Assembly (NCBI GenBank): GCA_013288705.1
Contig: JABDBI010000008.1
Coordinates: forward strand, 3,036-67,035
Direction: 5' to 3'
DNA: 64,000 bases
Source: Methanobacteriota archaeon
Lineage (GTDB): Bacteria; Myxococcota; UBA727; JABDBI01
Positions within the stretch are counted from its first letter, which is position 1. The number at the start of each line of letters is the position of its first letter. The notes under the pieces were generated by a model, which was not told the DNA's origin, searched no databases, and worked only from the letters and a program-made list of their open reading frames with translations. Of this stretch, positions 22,339 to 33,164 are shown piece after piece. Position numbers and translations under genes: made by a program.

Positions 22339-22734
22339 ATGGAACAGACACCAGCAATGGCAATGGTATTGGCCAAATTTTTAGGCTTGTTGCTCACGAT
22401 TACAGGCGTTGGTGCGGCAATCAACTCAAGGCACATGATGGCCGTGGTAAAAGATATCTGTGAACGGCCCGCTGCGCAAATGGGTGCCGCGTTTTTGCCG
22501 ACCCTCGTTGGTAGCTATGTTGTTGCTGCGCACCACACCTGGCCAAACGATTGGACCATGCTTATTACCATCATAGGCCTGGTGATGTTGATTGGGGGAG
22601 CGTTTCGTTCTCTTTTCCCGAGCATTTGGGTGGGGCTCCTGCGCAGATGGGCTAATCCGGCAATTTTGTCCATGGGCTCTGGGATCTTGGCACTTGTTGG
22701 TATTTACCTGCTTTATCAAAGCATGATGCTGTAA
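22339..22734 (+). CDS. small hypothetical membrane protein
   Basis: 131 aa with 3-4 TM segments; no family recognised. Confidence 0.4.
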   Translation: MEQTPAMAMVLAKFLGLLLTITGVGAAINSRHMMAVVKDICERPAAQMGAAFLPTLVGSYVVAAHHTWPNDWTMLITIIGLVMLIGGAFRSLFPSIWVGLLRRWANPAILSMGSGILALVGIYLLYQSMML

Positions 22735-22739
22735 AAACA

Positions 22740-22773
22740 AAGAAGCGACGATATATATATCCCGTCGCTTCTT
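22740..22773. terminator. bidirectional hairpin between convergent genes
   Basis: AAGAAGCGACG ... CGTCGCTTCTT 11-bp inverted repeat with an AT-rich loop, between the ends of the 22339..22734 (+) and 22788..23393 (-) genes. Confidence 0.6.
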
Positions 22774-22787
22774 GCAAGCTCCACTTC

Positions 22788-23393
22788 TTATTCGCAAGTT
22801 TGCCATTGCAAGTGGTAAATTAAACCGGATCGCAGATCTACACTGTCTACCGTCGATTCAGCGGCATCCATCGTACCGTTTGTTTGCACGATCATGCTCG
22901 AATTGGTACGAAGCACCACATCTTGGCCACAGGGTGACCATACGATACTTGATTGAACCAAAGAATTGTTGATGTCGTAGTTATCTTCCAGCTGCCCGTA
23001 AAATGTCTTCACATAGGAAGGCCCTTGTGTGCCCGCAAAAAAGTACTCCACATTAAATCGCGCGTAGGCACCATAGGGCAGACTGTTGAAGCCGCGATAA
23101 TCAATTTGAAATACCGATACGCTTAGACCTTGCGGAACGTGAACAGGAATTGCAACGTTGCAGCTCTCGCGGTTTAGCTGCTTCCCGGTTGTGCCACCTG
23201 CATCGACCACATATTGGTCAAAAAGGATGCTCAACGAAGTTGCGTCTGGGCTTAATACCGCCGACGCAGTTCCATTTGGGCAACCCGTGCCGCCGTAGAT
23301 GGGGGTTCCAAGATGAATACCGCTTGGATCATCGGCTAAAGCCGGCAATGATGTAGCCAAAATAAAGACAAATGACGCAAATAACTGCTTCAT
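22788..23393 (-). CDS. secreted protein, DUF4360-like
   Basis: Signal peptide (ILATSLPALADDP), about 200 aa, Cys pairs. Resembles the DUF4360 family from memory; not verifiable here. Confidence 0.45.
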   Translation of the reverse strand: MKQLFASFVFILATSLPALADDPSGIHLGTPIYGGTGCPNGTASAVLSPDATSLSILFDQYVVDAGGTTGKQLNRESCNVAIPVHVPQGLSVSVFQIDYRGFNSLPYGAYARFNVEYFFAGTQGPSYVKTFYGQLEDNYDINNSLVQSSIVWSPCGQDVVLRTNSSMIVQTNGTMDAAESTVDSVDLRSGLIYHLQWQTCE

Positions 23394-23471
23394 GTTTTTT
23401 CTCCGGATGTGCTGGAGGTTCTACTGAATGGATACATCATCTTCGATGGAAATATATATCCTCCTGATGTC

Positions 23472-24833
23472 CTAATCTCGACGCACGGGAGGCAGATATT
23501 CGGATACGATGGTTCGCTTCCACCAGTTTTTGCCAGCAAGGTTTTCTAATGCAAATTGGTAACGGTAAAGCCTTGCACGTACAAACATTGGCGGTGTGCC
23601 GCAAAATGGGTCTTTTGCCAAAAGCTTGAGCACTTGTTTATCTGCAGATAAGAGCTTTTCTATAAGTCGCAAAAACCATGGGTGAAAGTATGGATTTGAC
23701 ATGGCTGCAAACCACATTAGCCAATCAAGGCGTAGGTGATAGGGCGCCACGAAGGGCGGTCGACGATTGATGTCCCCGGGCTTCGCCCTGAATTCGTAGG
23801 CATGCCAAATTGTGGCCTGATCAATTTGCAGTGCTTCTGTTCCCTCAATAATGACCTCAAAGCGTTGCTTTTCGACGCTGCCAAATGCTCCATATGTATT
23901 GACCAAGTGCAAAGGGTCGAAGCTTGCGTTCATCAATTGCCGCGACGAAATCATGTTAACGATTGGGCGAATGCTCAGCGCCGCCACTAAACACAACAGG
24001 AGCAGAATCGGTAAAGGCGTTGCCATGGGGAACCAAGTCAACGTGGAACCGCCAAGACAAGAAAAACAAAGTACGATGGTTAAATAATTTAGCCATGACA
24101 GATTGCCACTTGCAATCAACGTCACTTGAAACAAAATCGTGATGACACCTGCGACATCAGCAATAGGATACGGCGCAAAATAAAAAAATGGCAATACCAG
24201 CTCGATCGCGTGTGTAGCTAGTACTTCTGCCTTGTGAAACCACACGGGAAGCCGATGTAAGTAATAGCTCAGAGGGTTTGGCATGGGCTGCGTTTCGTAG
24301 TGATAGACGAGACAGGTCAAGTCGCGCCAACATCTGTCACCTCGAAGTTTGATGAGTCCCGCGCCAAACATCACCCGAAATAACACCCAGCGCATCAGCC
24401 AAATCACAATGACCGATGGTTCCATCGACGAGGGACCCAAAAATATCGCTAAGAACCCAGTTTCAAGAAGAAGAGACTCCCAGCCAAACGCATAGAATGT
24501 CTGGCCTACGTTCACAAAGGATAGGTAAATAGCCCAAAGCAAAAACCAAGTCAGAGTATAAAGGTAGAGCCCGCCCTTGTCTGCGAAACCGCTCAGATTA
24601 AGCAGTGATAAACAAATTCCAACCCAGATGAAAATAGAAGCAAAACGGTCGCTATAGTAGAAATGGAAAATACTCGGGGCCTGCCAGAATTTGATTCTCT
24701 TCAAATACTCTGGAACCGGGAGAAGACCATTTTGCCCGCAAAGGGGAATAAATTGGTTTCGTGCAACAATAAACGCGATCAAATATATAGAGGCTAACCC
24801 GCGCGCAATCAAAAGGCGGGTTAGCCACAGCAT
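23472..24833 (-). CDS. lipase maturation factor (LMF1-like) family membrane protein
   Basis: Polytopic N-terminal half and conserved block YAFGWESLLLETGFLAIFLG reminiscent of LMF1. Confidence 0.55.
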   Translation of the reverse strand: MLWLTRLLIARGLASIYLIAFIVARNQFIPLCGQNGLLPVPEYLKRIKFWQAPSIFHFYYSDRFASIFIWVGICLSLLNLSGFADKGGLYLYTLTWFLLWAIYLSFVNVGQTFYAFGWESLLLETGFLAIFLGPSSMEPSVIVIWLMRWVLFRVMFGAGLIKLRGDRCWRDLTCLVYHYETQPMPNPLSYYLHRLPVWFHKAEVLATHAIELVLPFFYFAPYPIADVAGVITILFQVTLIASGNLSWLNYLTIVLCFSCLGGSTLTWFPMATPLPILLLLCLVAALSIRPIVNMISSRQLMNASFDPLHLVNTYGAFGSVEKQRFEVIIEGTEALQIDQATIWHAYEFRAKPGDINRRPPFVAPYHLRLDWLMWFAAMSNPYFHPWFLRLIEKLLSADKQVLKLLAKDPFCGTPPMFVRARLYRYQFALENLAGKNWWKRTIVSEYLPPVRRD

Positions 24834-26485
24834 TATTTATGCGCCGGCACCGAAACTTGACTGCCCGTGCACCATGGCAGCGTCGGCTCAAATTGACAGA
24901 GCGTGGCGCACAATGATGGATCAGCAATCGGGCACTGTGCACCACCGGGCGGTGTCACTGGGTCGGTTGGTGGAGTTGGCAGCACGGGAGGTGCAACTGG
25001 ATCCGTCGGAGGTGGTGTGACTGGATCAGTTGGTGGCGTTGGTGGTGTAGCTGGCGCACTTGCATCAGTAATGTAGATCGTACGAGACTGCGCAGTCTGC
25101 CCATTAGCATCTGTTGCCGTCACCGTAATTTCTCCACCCTTCGCCACTTGCAGAGTGCCATCGCTGGCGACCGTCGCAATGGTATTGTCGGAGGAGGCAA
25201 ATGTGTAGGGAGCTTGGCCGCCGAACGCGTCAAACTTCAACACATCACCAACGTTAATTGACGCCGACGCTGGTACCACCGTCAGCTGTTGATGAGCAAC
25301 TGCGTTAACTGCAGCAGATGCATCAACTCGGCAATTACAGGCCGACTCAATCTGCACGGCTGTTCCCGTTGTTTGCAAAATCGAACGAATTTGCTGAGGC
25401 GTGAGAGCCGCATTTTCAGATTTCATCAGCGCTGCCAATCCTGCCACCAGCGGTGTCGCCATCGATGTTCCCGACAAATCGCCATACTGATTGTTGGGCA
25501 ACGTGCTCAAAATATTGTCGCCAGGAGCTGCTAGATGAACGGTGTGTTTACCCCAGTTGGACCAGTCGGGCTTCGCATCGTTAGCATCTGACGCCGCCAC
25601 GCTGATCATGTTAGGTAATTTGGTATTAGCAGGAAAGACATCAGTCGTGTCGTTATCGCTGCTGTCGTTCGAGGCTGCAGCGACGAAAAGAACACCTTTG
25701 TCATTGGCGCGTGAAATCGCGTCTGTCACGGGCTGTGCGCTGGCAGCATCAGTTTGCGCCCCCCAACTGGCACTAATGATGCTTGCGCCATTTTGAACCG
25801 CAAAATCGATTGCCTTGGCGGCATTCAGAAGATCTCCAGAACCATCAGGCCCCAAGAAACGCACTGGCATGATTGAGACCGACTGGTTGATCCCAGTAAT
25901 GCCAATACCGTTATTGCCAACCGCGCCAATGATACCAGAGCAGTGGGTCCCATGTCCTGGGTTGCCATCGGCGGACGTTAAATCTGTCACATCGCTATTG
26001 TTTTCAACAAAGTTCCAACCATGTGTACCATCAGTTGGGTTGGTCCAGATATTTGCGGCCAAGTCCTCGTGCGTCACACTTGAACCTGTATCGATTACCG
26101 CAACGACAACTTTGTTGGATCCTTGGGTTACATCCCAGGCTTGTGGTGCGTTAATTTTGCTGAGTGCCCATTGTTGGTTGAACTGCGGATCATTAGGAAC
26201 CTCAAGTGTATGAAACTTGATGTTCTCCACGACGTATTCTACACCAGGTCTCTTTCGGAGTGCATCAACTTGCTTTGCTTCAAGTTGTTTGGTTGCAGCC
26301 TGAATATCGACTTTGGCGAGTTTTCCGGGACGGTGAAAATCCTTCACCGCAAATCCCTTTAATGAAGCTGTTGACGCAACTGACTGGATAGTCAGCCCTG
26401 CATTCTTTAATTTTACAATATATTCAGTGGCGTAGAGTGAGCATGAAAAGAGAACAACGAGTAGTGGTAACGCAACTTTTTTCAC
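24833..26485 (-). CDS. secreted subtilisin-like serine peptidase (S8) with Pro/Thr-rich C-terminal tail
   Basis: Catalytic triad contexts VIDTGS (Asp), HGTHCSGII (His), SGTSMATP (Ser). Signal peptide. C-terminal tail of (PPT/DPV) repeats plus a Cys-rich end. Confidence 0.85.
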   Translation of the reverse strand: MKKVALPLLVVLFSCSLYATEYIVKLKNAGLTIQSVASTASLKGFAVKDFHRPGKLAKVDIQAATKQLEAKQVDALRKRPGVEYVVENIKFHTLEVPNDPQFNQQWALSKINAPQAWDVTQGSNKVVVAVIDTGSSVTHEDLAANIWTNPTDGTHGWNFVENNSDVTDLTSADGNPGHGTHCSGIIGAVGNNGIGITGINQSVSIMPVRFLGPDGSGDLLNAAKAIDFAVQNGASIISASWGAQTDAASAQPVTDAISRANDKGVLFVAAASNDSSDNDTTDVFPANTKLPNMISVAASDANDAKPDWSNWGKHTVHLAAPGDNILSTLPNNQYGDLSGTSMATPLVAGLAALMKSENAALTPQQIRSILQTTGTAVQIESACNCRVDASAAVNAVAHQQLTVVPASASINVGDVLKFDAFGGQAPYTFASSDNTIATVASDGTLQVAKGGEITVTATDANGQTAQSRTIYITDASAPATPPTPPTDPVTPPPTDPVAPPVLPTPPTDPVTPPGGAQCPIADPSLCATLCQFEPTLPWCTGSQVSVPAHK

Positions 26486-26602
26486 GACTTAGCCTCCCCA
26501 GGTCAAGGTGACGACGCGCGTATCTTCGCGCGATCTTGATGCTCGCACAGGTTGCAACCGCGATGCAAGCAACGGGGAAGTTATTTTGTTTAATTTATTG
26601 AA

Positions 26603-27148
26603 TCACAAACCTAGAAGCCTCATTGCTTCTTGTCTTTCTTCGGCATTTTTAGCAAAGTCACCTCGAGCTGCTTGTGTCATCACTTGTGAACCTTGCTTCT
26701 GCGTGCCACGCATCATCATACAAAAATGTCGTGCACTCACAACAACAAAAACACCTTTTGGTTGCAGGACGTCGACAAAAGCGTCTGCGATTTGATCGGT
26801 CAAATGTTCCTGCAATTGCAATCTTCTAGAAAAAACATCAATCAATTTTGCGATATCTCCGAGGCCAATGATTTTTCCGTTTGGCTTATACGCAACGTGA
26901 ATTTGCCCAAAAAACGGCAGTAAATGATGTTCACACAAAGAATAAAATTCGGTGTTCTTTTGCGCAACGATTCCCGTCGTCGGAGAAGGGAACACCCCCC
27001 CCTGCACAACGGCCCCAGGTGCCATGTCATTGCCACTGGTCAAGAAACGCAGGCTTTCTGCAACCAAGGACGGGGTTTTTAGAAGCCCTTCTCTACTTGG
27101 ATCTTCGCCAAGCGATTTCAAAATAATCCGAATTTGTTGTTCCATCAT
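26603..27148 (-). CDS. folE: GTP cyclohydrolase I
   Basis: 181 aa; CEHHLLPF and HVAYKPNGKIIGL motifs. Confidence 0.85.
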   Translation of the reverse strand: MMEQQIRIILKSLGEDPSREGLLKTPSLVAESLRFLTSGNDMAPGAVVQGGVFPSPTTGIVAQKNTEFYSLCEHHLLPFFGQIHVAYKPNGKIIGLGDIAKLIDVFSRRLQLQEHLTDQIADAFVDVLQPKGVFVVVSARHFCMMMRGTQKQGSQVMTQAARGDFAKNAEERQEAMRLLGL

Positions 27149-27242
27149 ACACTTCTTTCAATATGGATTTTTCCTGTCAAGCGTCTTTCTTCCAAACAAA
27201 TTCAAAACTTGGTGGATAACATTTAAACGTGGGAGAGTCAGC

Positions 27243-27926
27243 ATGCCTATTTCTTCAAACCTACCTACAACCTGTAGCCGCTGCACATGGGAGGAGGCTA
27301 TTGATACGAGATATGTGCTTGAAAATGCCAGTGCTAGCCGCGCAATTGGTCACACCAACAATGTGATTGAAGACTTCGCCCTTTTTGGATTTTCTGATAT
27401 CCATATTGATGGGCAAACGCGCTGGCAAAAATTTGCGCGCACAGTCAGAGGATTTGCAGCAGGTGGTTCGCGTGTAGGTGCTGTCGGCGGTTTGGCTGCT
27501 ATGTGGCTTCCAGACTGCTTCATCGGGACTGGAAAACGAGGGGTGCCCCTGCGGGAAATCAACAGGCGACTGCTACGAGAACAGGGTGTTGCTGGTGCGA
27601 GTGTGCGAGGTGCTTCCATGCTTGCAGCGGTCCTCACTGCTCAGCCATCCCTGTTTGTTGGAGGAGCAGCCGGAGTGGTGAGTCTTCCAGTTGCAGCGAA
27701 CCAGGGCAACGCGGCGACGGAATGGGTGATAGACACCACCCGTAGTGTGGCTGCATTTAATGCCAAGACTGTTGGAACGGTCATCGCTGCTCCAGCGGGT
27801 GCAGCCATTGGGATCGCTCGTAGCGCTTCGGTGGTAGCCAAGCTTACAATGGCAAGCATAGGCGGGTTATTGGGCGGAATTATCGGAATCCTTGGCGGCG
27901 GGGTGCGTGCGATTATCAATCGGTGA
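27243..27926 (+). CDS. hypothetical Gly/Ala-rich protein
   Basis: ATG at 27243 with a GGGAGAG RBS; C-terminal half is Gly/Ala-rich with hydrophobic stretches (AAGVVSLPVAA, IGGLLGGIIGILGGG). The longer ORF from 26952 overlaps folE and is unlikely. Confidence 0.4.
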   Translation: MPISSNLPTTCSRCTWEEAIDTRYVLENASASRAIGHTNNVIEDFALFGFSDIHIDGQTRWQKFARTVRGFAAGGSRVGAVGGLAAMWLPDCFIGTGKRGVPLREINRRLLREQGVAGASVRGASMLAAVLTAQPSLFVGGAAGVVSLPVAANQGNAATEWVIDTTRSVAAFNAKTVGTVIAAPAGAAIGIARSASVVAKLTMASIGGLLGGIIGILGGGVRAIINR

Positions 27927-27990
27927 TTTGCAGCAAAAGACCACCTTGACCTGTGCGTAAATGTTCGCCACAAGTACGGAATAGTGATTG

Positions 27991-28067
27991 CGGGGTGTAG
28001 CTCAGTTTGGTAGAGCGCTTGGTTCGGGACCAAGAGGTCGTAGGTTCAAATCCTGTCACCCCGACCA
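27991..28067 (+). tRNA. tRNA-Pro (anticodon CGG)
   Basis: CGGGGTG acceptor, GCTCAGTTTGGTAGAGC D-arm, anticodon loop TTCGGGA, T-arm GTAGGTTCAAATCCTGT, CCA encoded. Confidence 0.8.
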
Positions 28068-28070
28068 CGT

Positions 28071-28157
28071 GCCCAGATGGCGGAATTGGTAGACGCGCTA
28101 GATTCAGGTTCTAGTGGGGGAAACCCCGTGGAGGTTCAAGTCCTCTTTTGGGCACCA
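28071..28157 (+). tRNA. tRNA-Leu (anticodon CAG)
   Basis: GCCCAGA acceptor, GGCGGAATTGGTAGACGC D-arm, anticodon loop TTCAGGT, long variable arm, T-arm GGAGGTTCAAGTCCTCT, CCA encoded. Confidence 0.8.
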
Positions 28158-28180
28158 TTTTTTTACGAAGGTGGTAACAA

Positions 28181-28633
28181 ATGCTTCAGGTTGGTGATCG
28201 CGCACCCGATTTTTCCTTGCCCGACCAAACAGGCAAACTTGTGAAGCTTTCTGATTTCCTGGGCAAGCAGCATGTTGTGCTGTTTTTCTATCCCAAGGAT
28301 AATACACCTGGATGCACCGCTCAGTCTTGCTCGTTCCGCGATAACTACAGCGAATTTAAGAAAAATGGCGCACAAGTGTTGGGTATTAGCGCTGATTCAT
28401 CAGACTCTCATCAATCATTTGCATCACAATATTCTCTTCCTTTTCCGCTTCTCAGCGATGACAAAGGCAGCGCATCGAAGCTCTTTGGCGTCGGCAAATG
28501 GCTGGGGCTTTTGCCCAATCGGGTGTCGTTCGTGATCGATCAAAAGGGCATCATTCGCCATGTATTTTCATCTCAGCTCAATGCCACACGCCATGTCGAC
28601 GAGACTTTAGAGAGTTTAAAGCACTTAGCTTAA
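28181..28633 (+). CDS. peroxiredoxin, Bcp-type (second paralog)
   Basis: [18 protein letters not shown] peroxidatic Cys motif; 150 aa. Confidence 0.85.
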   Translation: MLQVGDRAPDFSLPDQTGKLVKLSDFLGKQHVVLFFYPKDNTPGCTAQSCSFRDNYSEFKKNGAQVLGISADSSDSHQSFASQYSLPFPLLSDDKGSASKLFGVGKWLGLLPNRVSFVIDQKGIIRHVFSSQLNATRHVDETLESLKHLA

Positions 28634-29662
28634 CGCAAAAGTTGGTGTGACACGCCCCACTTCAATGCCGCGGAGATTGGTTAGCGCATCAGAAGCCATG
28701 CTCGCCAATTCTGCCTCCCAAAGACTTTGCTCAGGCAGGAGCTGCAGCTGTCTCAGGACCTCGATCGCCACGGCAGTTCGCGCGCGATTCGCCGAATCGC
28801 CGTCGGTGACTTTGATCGCAATTCCAAGCCCCTGTGGATAACGCTCGCTGGGCGCATATCCCATTGCAAATACGCCTTCTGCTCCAGTCTTAGCAAACAG
28901 ACCAGGAACAGAACGTATCAACGTCGTGTCCAATCGCTTAGCCCCCCCAATGAACTCGGGATGGGAAGTACCCGCGCGAAAGAGAATGCTCAGCGCATTT
29001 AATGTCACGGGATCATTGGCAAGGCCAGCTTCCTCAGGACAAGCCAGTGATGCATACAGTCGCGCTAATGCAGAGAGAGACAAAATATATGTCGGCAGAC
29101 TACAGCCGTCGACACCGACGCCCAATTCTTCGATGGGTCTTCCAGACAAGTTCAAGAGGAGCCGGGCGATCCAATGTTGAAGTGGGTGATCGGGGTGAAG
29201 ATAATTCTCGATGGGCCAACCCTGTCGTCGGCAAATCATCAGCAAGGCCGTATGCTTGCCGCTGCAGTTGTTGTGAACTGTGCTTGTATTTTGGCCCACA
29301 CGTTGCTCTCCGCATCGCAGGTCGTCTTCAGACAAGCCTACCAAGGCGAGCAGCCGGCGCACGCGCTCGACGTGCATGGGCTCGCCTGCATGAGACGACA
29401 TCATCAGTGCAAGATCCGCATCGCTGATTGTTTCGCCCTCCGGCCACTCAGCTTCTTGCAAACCGAGTAGTAAAAAAGGCAGAAGCTGAAACGGTTTGGC
29501 CGTGGAGCGCAGCGAAATCCAATGTTCCGGGTCACCCAAAGATGAAACCAGCTGGCCTCGTCCATCCACAATGACGATGGCACCACAATGTTCAGACTCC
29601 ACACATTCAACGTGACCGACCCGACCACGCGACAAACTGACTAGCTTTTCAAAAGATGCCAT
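28625..29662 (-). CDS. asparaginase II family protein (Asparaginase_II / AnsA-like)
   Basis: About 345 aa with [11 protein letters not shown] and HSGEP-like (SSHAGEP) blocks that I associate with PF06089. Not verifiable here. Confidence 0.5.
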   Translation of the reverse strand: MASFEKLVSLSRGRVGHVECVESEHCGAIVIVDGRGQLVSSLGDPEHWISLRSTAKPFQLLPFLLLGLQEAEWPEGETISDADLALMMSSHAGEPMHVERVRRLLALVGLSEDDLRCGEQRVGQNTSTVHNNCSGKHTALLMICRRQGWPIENYLHPDHPLQHWIARLLLNLSGRPIEELGVGVDGCSLPTYILSLSALARLYASLACPEEAGLANDPVTLNALSILFRAGTSHPEFIGGAKRLDTTLIRSVPGLFAKTGAEGVFAMGYAPSERYPQGLGIAIKVTDGDSANRARTAVAIEVLRQLQLLPEQSLWEAELASMASDALTNLRGIEVGRVTPTFALS

Positions 29663-29665
29663 TTT

Positions 29666-30640
29666 CTAATGCCCCTCCTGCTCCAAGAATCTCTCCGCAT
29701 CAATCGCCGCCATACAACCGGATCCTGCTGCCGTAACAGCCTGCCGGTACACGCTATCTTGCACATCACCACAGGCGAACACACCAGGAAATTCGGTTTT
29801 AGAACTCTGGCCCTGAGTAACAATATATCCTTTTTCGTTGAGCGGAAGTTTGCCAGCAAAAAGATTTGTGTTGGGTTGATGTCCGATAGCAACAAACAAG
29901 CCATCTAGTGCCAATTCTTTTTGTTCTCCCGATTTGGTGTTTTTGAGCCGCACACCTGAAAGCGCTTCTTTGCCAAGCGGTGGCTTTGTTGCGGTTAAAA
30001 TCTGTTCAATGGTGTAGTTAAGCTCCCAGCGAATTTTGGGATTACCCCGTGCGCGCTCCACCATAATTTTACTCGCGCGGAACTCATCGCGGCGATGGAC
30101 AATCGTCACGCTTTTAGCAAAGCGCGTCAGAAAATTAGCCTCCTCCATGGCAGTGTCACCGCCACCTACAACGGCGACATCGACATTTTTATAAAATGCA
30201 CCGTCGCATGTTGCACAAGCCGAAACGCCTGCTCCCGCCGCCATGAGTTCCATTTCCTTGGCGATGCCCAAGAGTTTGGCGTTTGCACCAGTGGCGATAA
30301 TCACGGAGAGTGCTAAAATTTCGTCGCCATTTTCTGTTTTGAGCCGATAGGGGCGTTTGGAAAAATCAACTTCGCTGATATTTTCGGTGCGCACCTTTGC
30401 CCCAAAGCGTTCCGCTTGTTCTTTAAAGAGCTGCATCAATTCGGGGCCCAAAACTCCTTTCGGAAATCCAGGAAAGTTCTCCACATCGGATGTGATCATT
30501 AGCTGACCACCCGGCAAATTTGGAGAAGCCCCTTCAAATACCAAGGGTTGCAACGTTGCACGTGCTGCATAGAGGGCGGCTGTCCATCCTGCTGGCCCGG
30601 AGCCAATCACCACAACTTTTTGTGTTTCGCTATTTGCCAC
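29666..30640 (-). CDS. trxB: thioredoxin-disulfide reductase
   Basis: FAD/NADPH motifs VVVIGSGPAGWTAALYAAR and GGGDTAMEEA; redox-active CATCDG. Confidence 0.9.
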   Translation of the reverse strand: MANSETQKVVVIGSGPAGWTAALYAARATLQPLVFEGASPNLPGGQLMITSDVENFPGFPKGVLGPELMQLFKEQAERFGAKVRTENISEVDFSKRPYRLKTENGDEILALSVIIATGANAKLLGIAKEMELMAAGAGVSACATCDGAFYKNVDVAVVGGGDTAMEEANFLTRFAKSVTIVHRRDEFRASKIMVERARGNPKIRWELNYTIEQILTATKPPLGKEALSGVRLKNTKSGEQKELALDGLFVAIGHQPNTNLFAGKLPLNEKGYIVTQGQSSKTEFPGVFACGDVQDSVYRQAVTAAGSGCMAAIDAERFLEQEGH

Positions 30641-30652
30641 ATCCTGCTCCTA

Positions 30653-32698
30653 CTAAGTTTCCATGTCCAAGAGTTGCTGACGCAATCGATGAATCTCATC
30701 GCGCAAATTAGCCGCTTCTTCAAATGCCATTTTTTTCGCAAAGGCTTGCATCTCGCGCCGCAGCTTTTTAATCGTCTTCTCAATTTCGATGGGATCACGC
30801 AGCTCAGACTTTCCAGCAGTTGCTTTTTTGCCGTCGCTATCCGATTCCGTACCAAAGTCTCCCGCGACGTTAAATATGGGCTTTTGAATAGAACGCGGCG
30901 TAATTTGATGCTCGATGTTGTACTGTTCCTGCACTTGCCTGCGGCGTTTGGTTTCTGAAACAGCAGCTTTAATGGAGTCCGTCATGCGATCGGCATACAA
31001 AATGGCACGACCATTCAGATTGCGAGCCGCGCGCCCAATCGTTTGAATCAAACCTGTGGCTGATCGTAAAAATCCTTCTTTATCGGCATCTAGAATGGCA
31101 ACGAGAGAGACTTCCGGCAGGTCGAGTCCTTCGCGCAGCAAATTAATTCCGACTAGAACATCATACTCTCCGGTACGAAGCTGGCGCAAAATCTCTGTGC
31201 GTTCGATGGTATCAATATCGCTGTGTAAATAACGTGCCTTGATGCCAACATCGAGCAAGTACTCCGAAAGATCCTCAGACATGCGCTTGGTAAGTGTCGT
31301 GATGAGCACGCGCTCACCCGCTTCCTTGCGGATGCGCACTTCATGAATCACGTCATCCACCTGGGTGAGCACCGGGCGAATCTCCACAATGGGATCGACT
31401 AAGCCCGTCGGGCGAACAAGCTGTTCAACAACAACGCCCTGGCTCTTGTCTAGTTCATACTGAGCTGGTGTGGCCGACACGAAAACAGTCTGTTTGACTA
31501 GGCGTTCAAATTCATCAAACTTTAGGGGCCGATTATCAAGTGCCGAGGGCAAGCGAAATCCATGCTCCACCAACGTGCCCTTACGCGATCTATCGCCGCG
31601 GTACATGGCACCGACCTGGGGAATGGTCTGGTGAGACTCATCAACAAAGAGCAAAAAATTCGTTGGAAAGTAATCAAGCAATGTCGGGGGCGGATCTCCC
31701 TCTGATCTGCCTGTGAGATGCCGCGAGTAATTTTCGATGCTCTTGCATGAACCTGTCGTTTCAAGCATTTCCAAATCGAAGAGAGTGCGCTGCTCAAGTC
31801 GCTGCGCCTCCAAAAGCTGATTGTTTGCATGTAACTCTCGCAATTGCACCTGCAACTCTTCGCGAATTGCCACGATTGCCTTTTTCATGCGTTCTGATGA
31901 CGTCGCATAATGGCTTGCGGGCCAAATTGTTGCGTGAGAAAGCTCGGCCAGAATTTTTCCACGCAAGGGATCTACCAATCGAATGGATTCGACTTCGTCG
32001 CCAAAAAAGGAAATGCGCAGAGCGGTGTCTTCTTCGTGTGGCGGAAATACTTCTAGGACATCGCCACGTACACGAAACGTACCGCGCGTGAAAGAAATAT
32101 CGTTTCGTTCATACTGGCTTTCAATGAGCTGACGCATAAACGAATCGCGCGCAACGCTGCGCCCGACCTCGACAAACGCCGTCATCTCTTTATAGCTATC
32201 GGTACTGCCAATACCGTAAATGCAGCTCACAGAAGCAACAATAATCACATCGTCACGTGACAAAAGAGAGCATGTCGCACGATGACGCATACGATCGATG
32301 TTATCGTTGATTTGGCTGTCTTTCTCAATGTAGGTATCTGTTGATGGGATATACGCTTCGGGCTGGTAGTAGTCGTAATAGCTAACAAAGTACTCGACGG
32401 CGTTATCGGGAAAAAACGCTTTTAGCTCCTGATAGAGCTGTGCCACCAATGTCTTGTTGTGCGCCAATACCAACGTTGGCCGATTGGTTTTCGCGATGAC
32501 ATTGGCCATGGTAAAAGTTTTGCCAGACCCGGTCACGCCCAGCAGCGTTTGGTGCATTTGACCAGCAGCGATACCCTCGGCGAGGGCTTCGATCGCTTGA
32601 GGCTGATCACCGGTTGGCTGATAGTCAGATTTCAGCGCAAACAAGCGATGTTCCCGCTTGTCTTCTGAAAATCCGCGCTGTGCTGGTAAATCGCTCAT
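30653..32698 (-). CDS. uvrB: excinuclease ABC subunit B
   Basis: 681 aa; Walker A GVTGSGKT; helicase motifs; C-terminal UVR domain ([17 protein letters not shown]). Confidence 0.95.
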   Translation of the reverse strand: MSDLPAQRGFSEDKREHRLFALKSDYQPTGDQPQAIEALAEGIAAGQMHQTLLGVTGSGKTFTMANVIAKTNRPTLVLAHNKTLVAQLYQELKAFFPDNAVEYFVSYYDYYQPEAYIPSTDTYIEKDSQINDNIDRMRHRATCSLLSRDDVIIVASVSCIYGIGSTDSYKEMTAFVEVGRSVARDSFMRQLIESQYERNDISFTRGTFRVRGDVLEVFPPHEEDTALRISFFGDEVESIRLVDPLRGKILAELSHATIWPASHYATSSERMKKAIVAIREELQVQLRELHANNQLLEAQRLEQRTLFDLEMLETTGSCKSIENYSRHLTGRSEGDPPPTLLDYFPTNFLLFVDESHQTIPQVGAMYRGDRSRKGTLVEHGFRLPSALDNRPLKFDEFERLVKQTVFVSATPAQYELDKSQGVVVEQLVRPTGLVDPIVEIRPVLTQVDDVIHEVRIRKEAGERVLITTLTKRMSEDLSEYLLDVGIKARYLHSDIDTIERTEILRQLRTGEYDVLVGINLLREGLDLPEVSLVAILDADKEGFLRSATGLIQTIGRAARNLNGRAILYADRMTDSIKAAVSETKRRRQVQEQYNIEHQITPRSIQKPIFNVAGDFGTESDSDGKKATAGKSELRDPIEIEKTIKKLRREMQAFAKKMAFEEAANLRDEIHRLRQQLLDMET

Positions 32699-32704
32699 GT
32701 CGCA

Positions 32705-33145
32705 CTAAGTGGGAACTTTAAATGGATGCGTTTTGGGCCTGTCGCAAGCACTTTCCGTGCAGATCTGCATTTTCAGCGCACCCAAAATGGCCCCTTTGCC
32801 GCCGGAGACTTTTGCACTGATAACAAACTTTCCCTCGAGCAACACACTCTTACCGAGAGCACCTAAGTCTTTCTCTTTTCCTTTTGGTAAAACGGGTTTT
32901 CCCTGCACGACCCATCCGCCGGTTTTATCCACCACGAGTTCCACGGGCACGCCCACACTTTCACCCGCCGCGTAAGCGTGGTAGCCGGGCTTTAAATTGA
33001 CTGACAGCAAAAGCATATGTGTCTTTTTGTCGTACCCTTGTGACCACGTAAACGCGTCGTCAAACTGAGGTGGCAGAGGTTTTTTGGCATAGCCCGACAA
33101 TGCAAACAAAGCGATTGCGGCAAGGGCAACGAGAGTGTGCTTCAT
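32705..33145 (-). CDS. secreted hypothetical protein, possibly DsbD-N (alpha) domain-like
   Basis: Signal peptide; 146 aa; beta-rich pattern with C-terminal C-x4-C (CTESAC). Resemblance to the DsbD N-terminal domain is tentative. Confidence 0.35.
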   Translation of the reverse strand: MKHTLVALAAIALFALSGYAKKPLPPQFDDAFTWSQGYDKKTHMLLLSVNLKPGYHAYAAGESVGVPVELVVDKTGGWVVQGKPVLPKGKEKDLGALGKSVLLEGKFVISAKVSGGKGAILGALKMQICTESACDRPKTHPFKVPT

Positions 33146-33164
33146 AACTTTGACCTATCATATC

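Noticed and set aside
26952-27242. Long N-terminal extension of the Gly/Ala-rich ORF starting at 26952
   Set aside because: Overlaps folE on the opposite strand for about 200 nt; the internal ATG at 27243 has a proper RBS, so the extension is unlikely to be translated.
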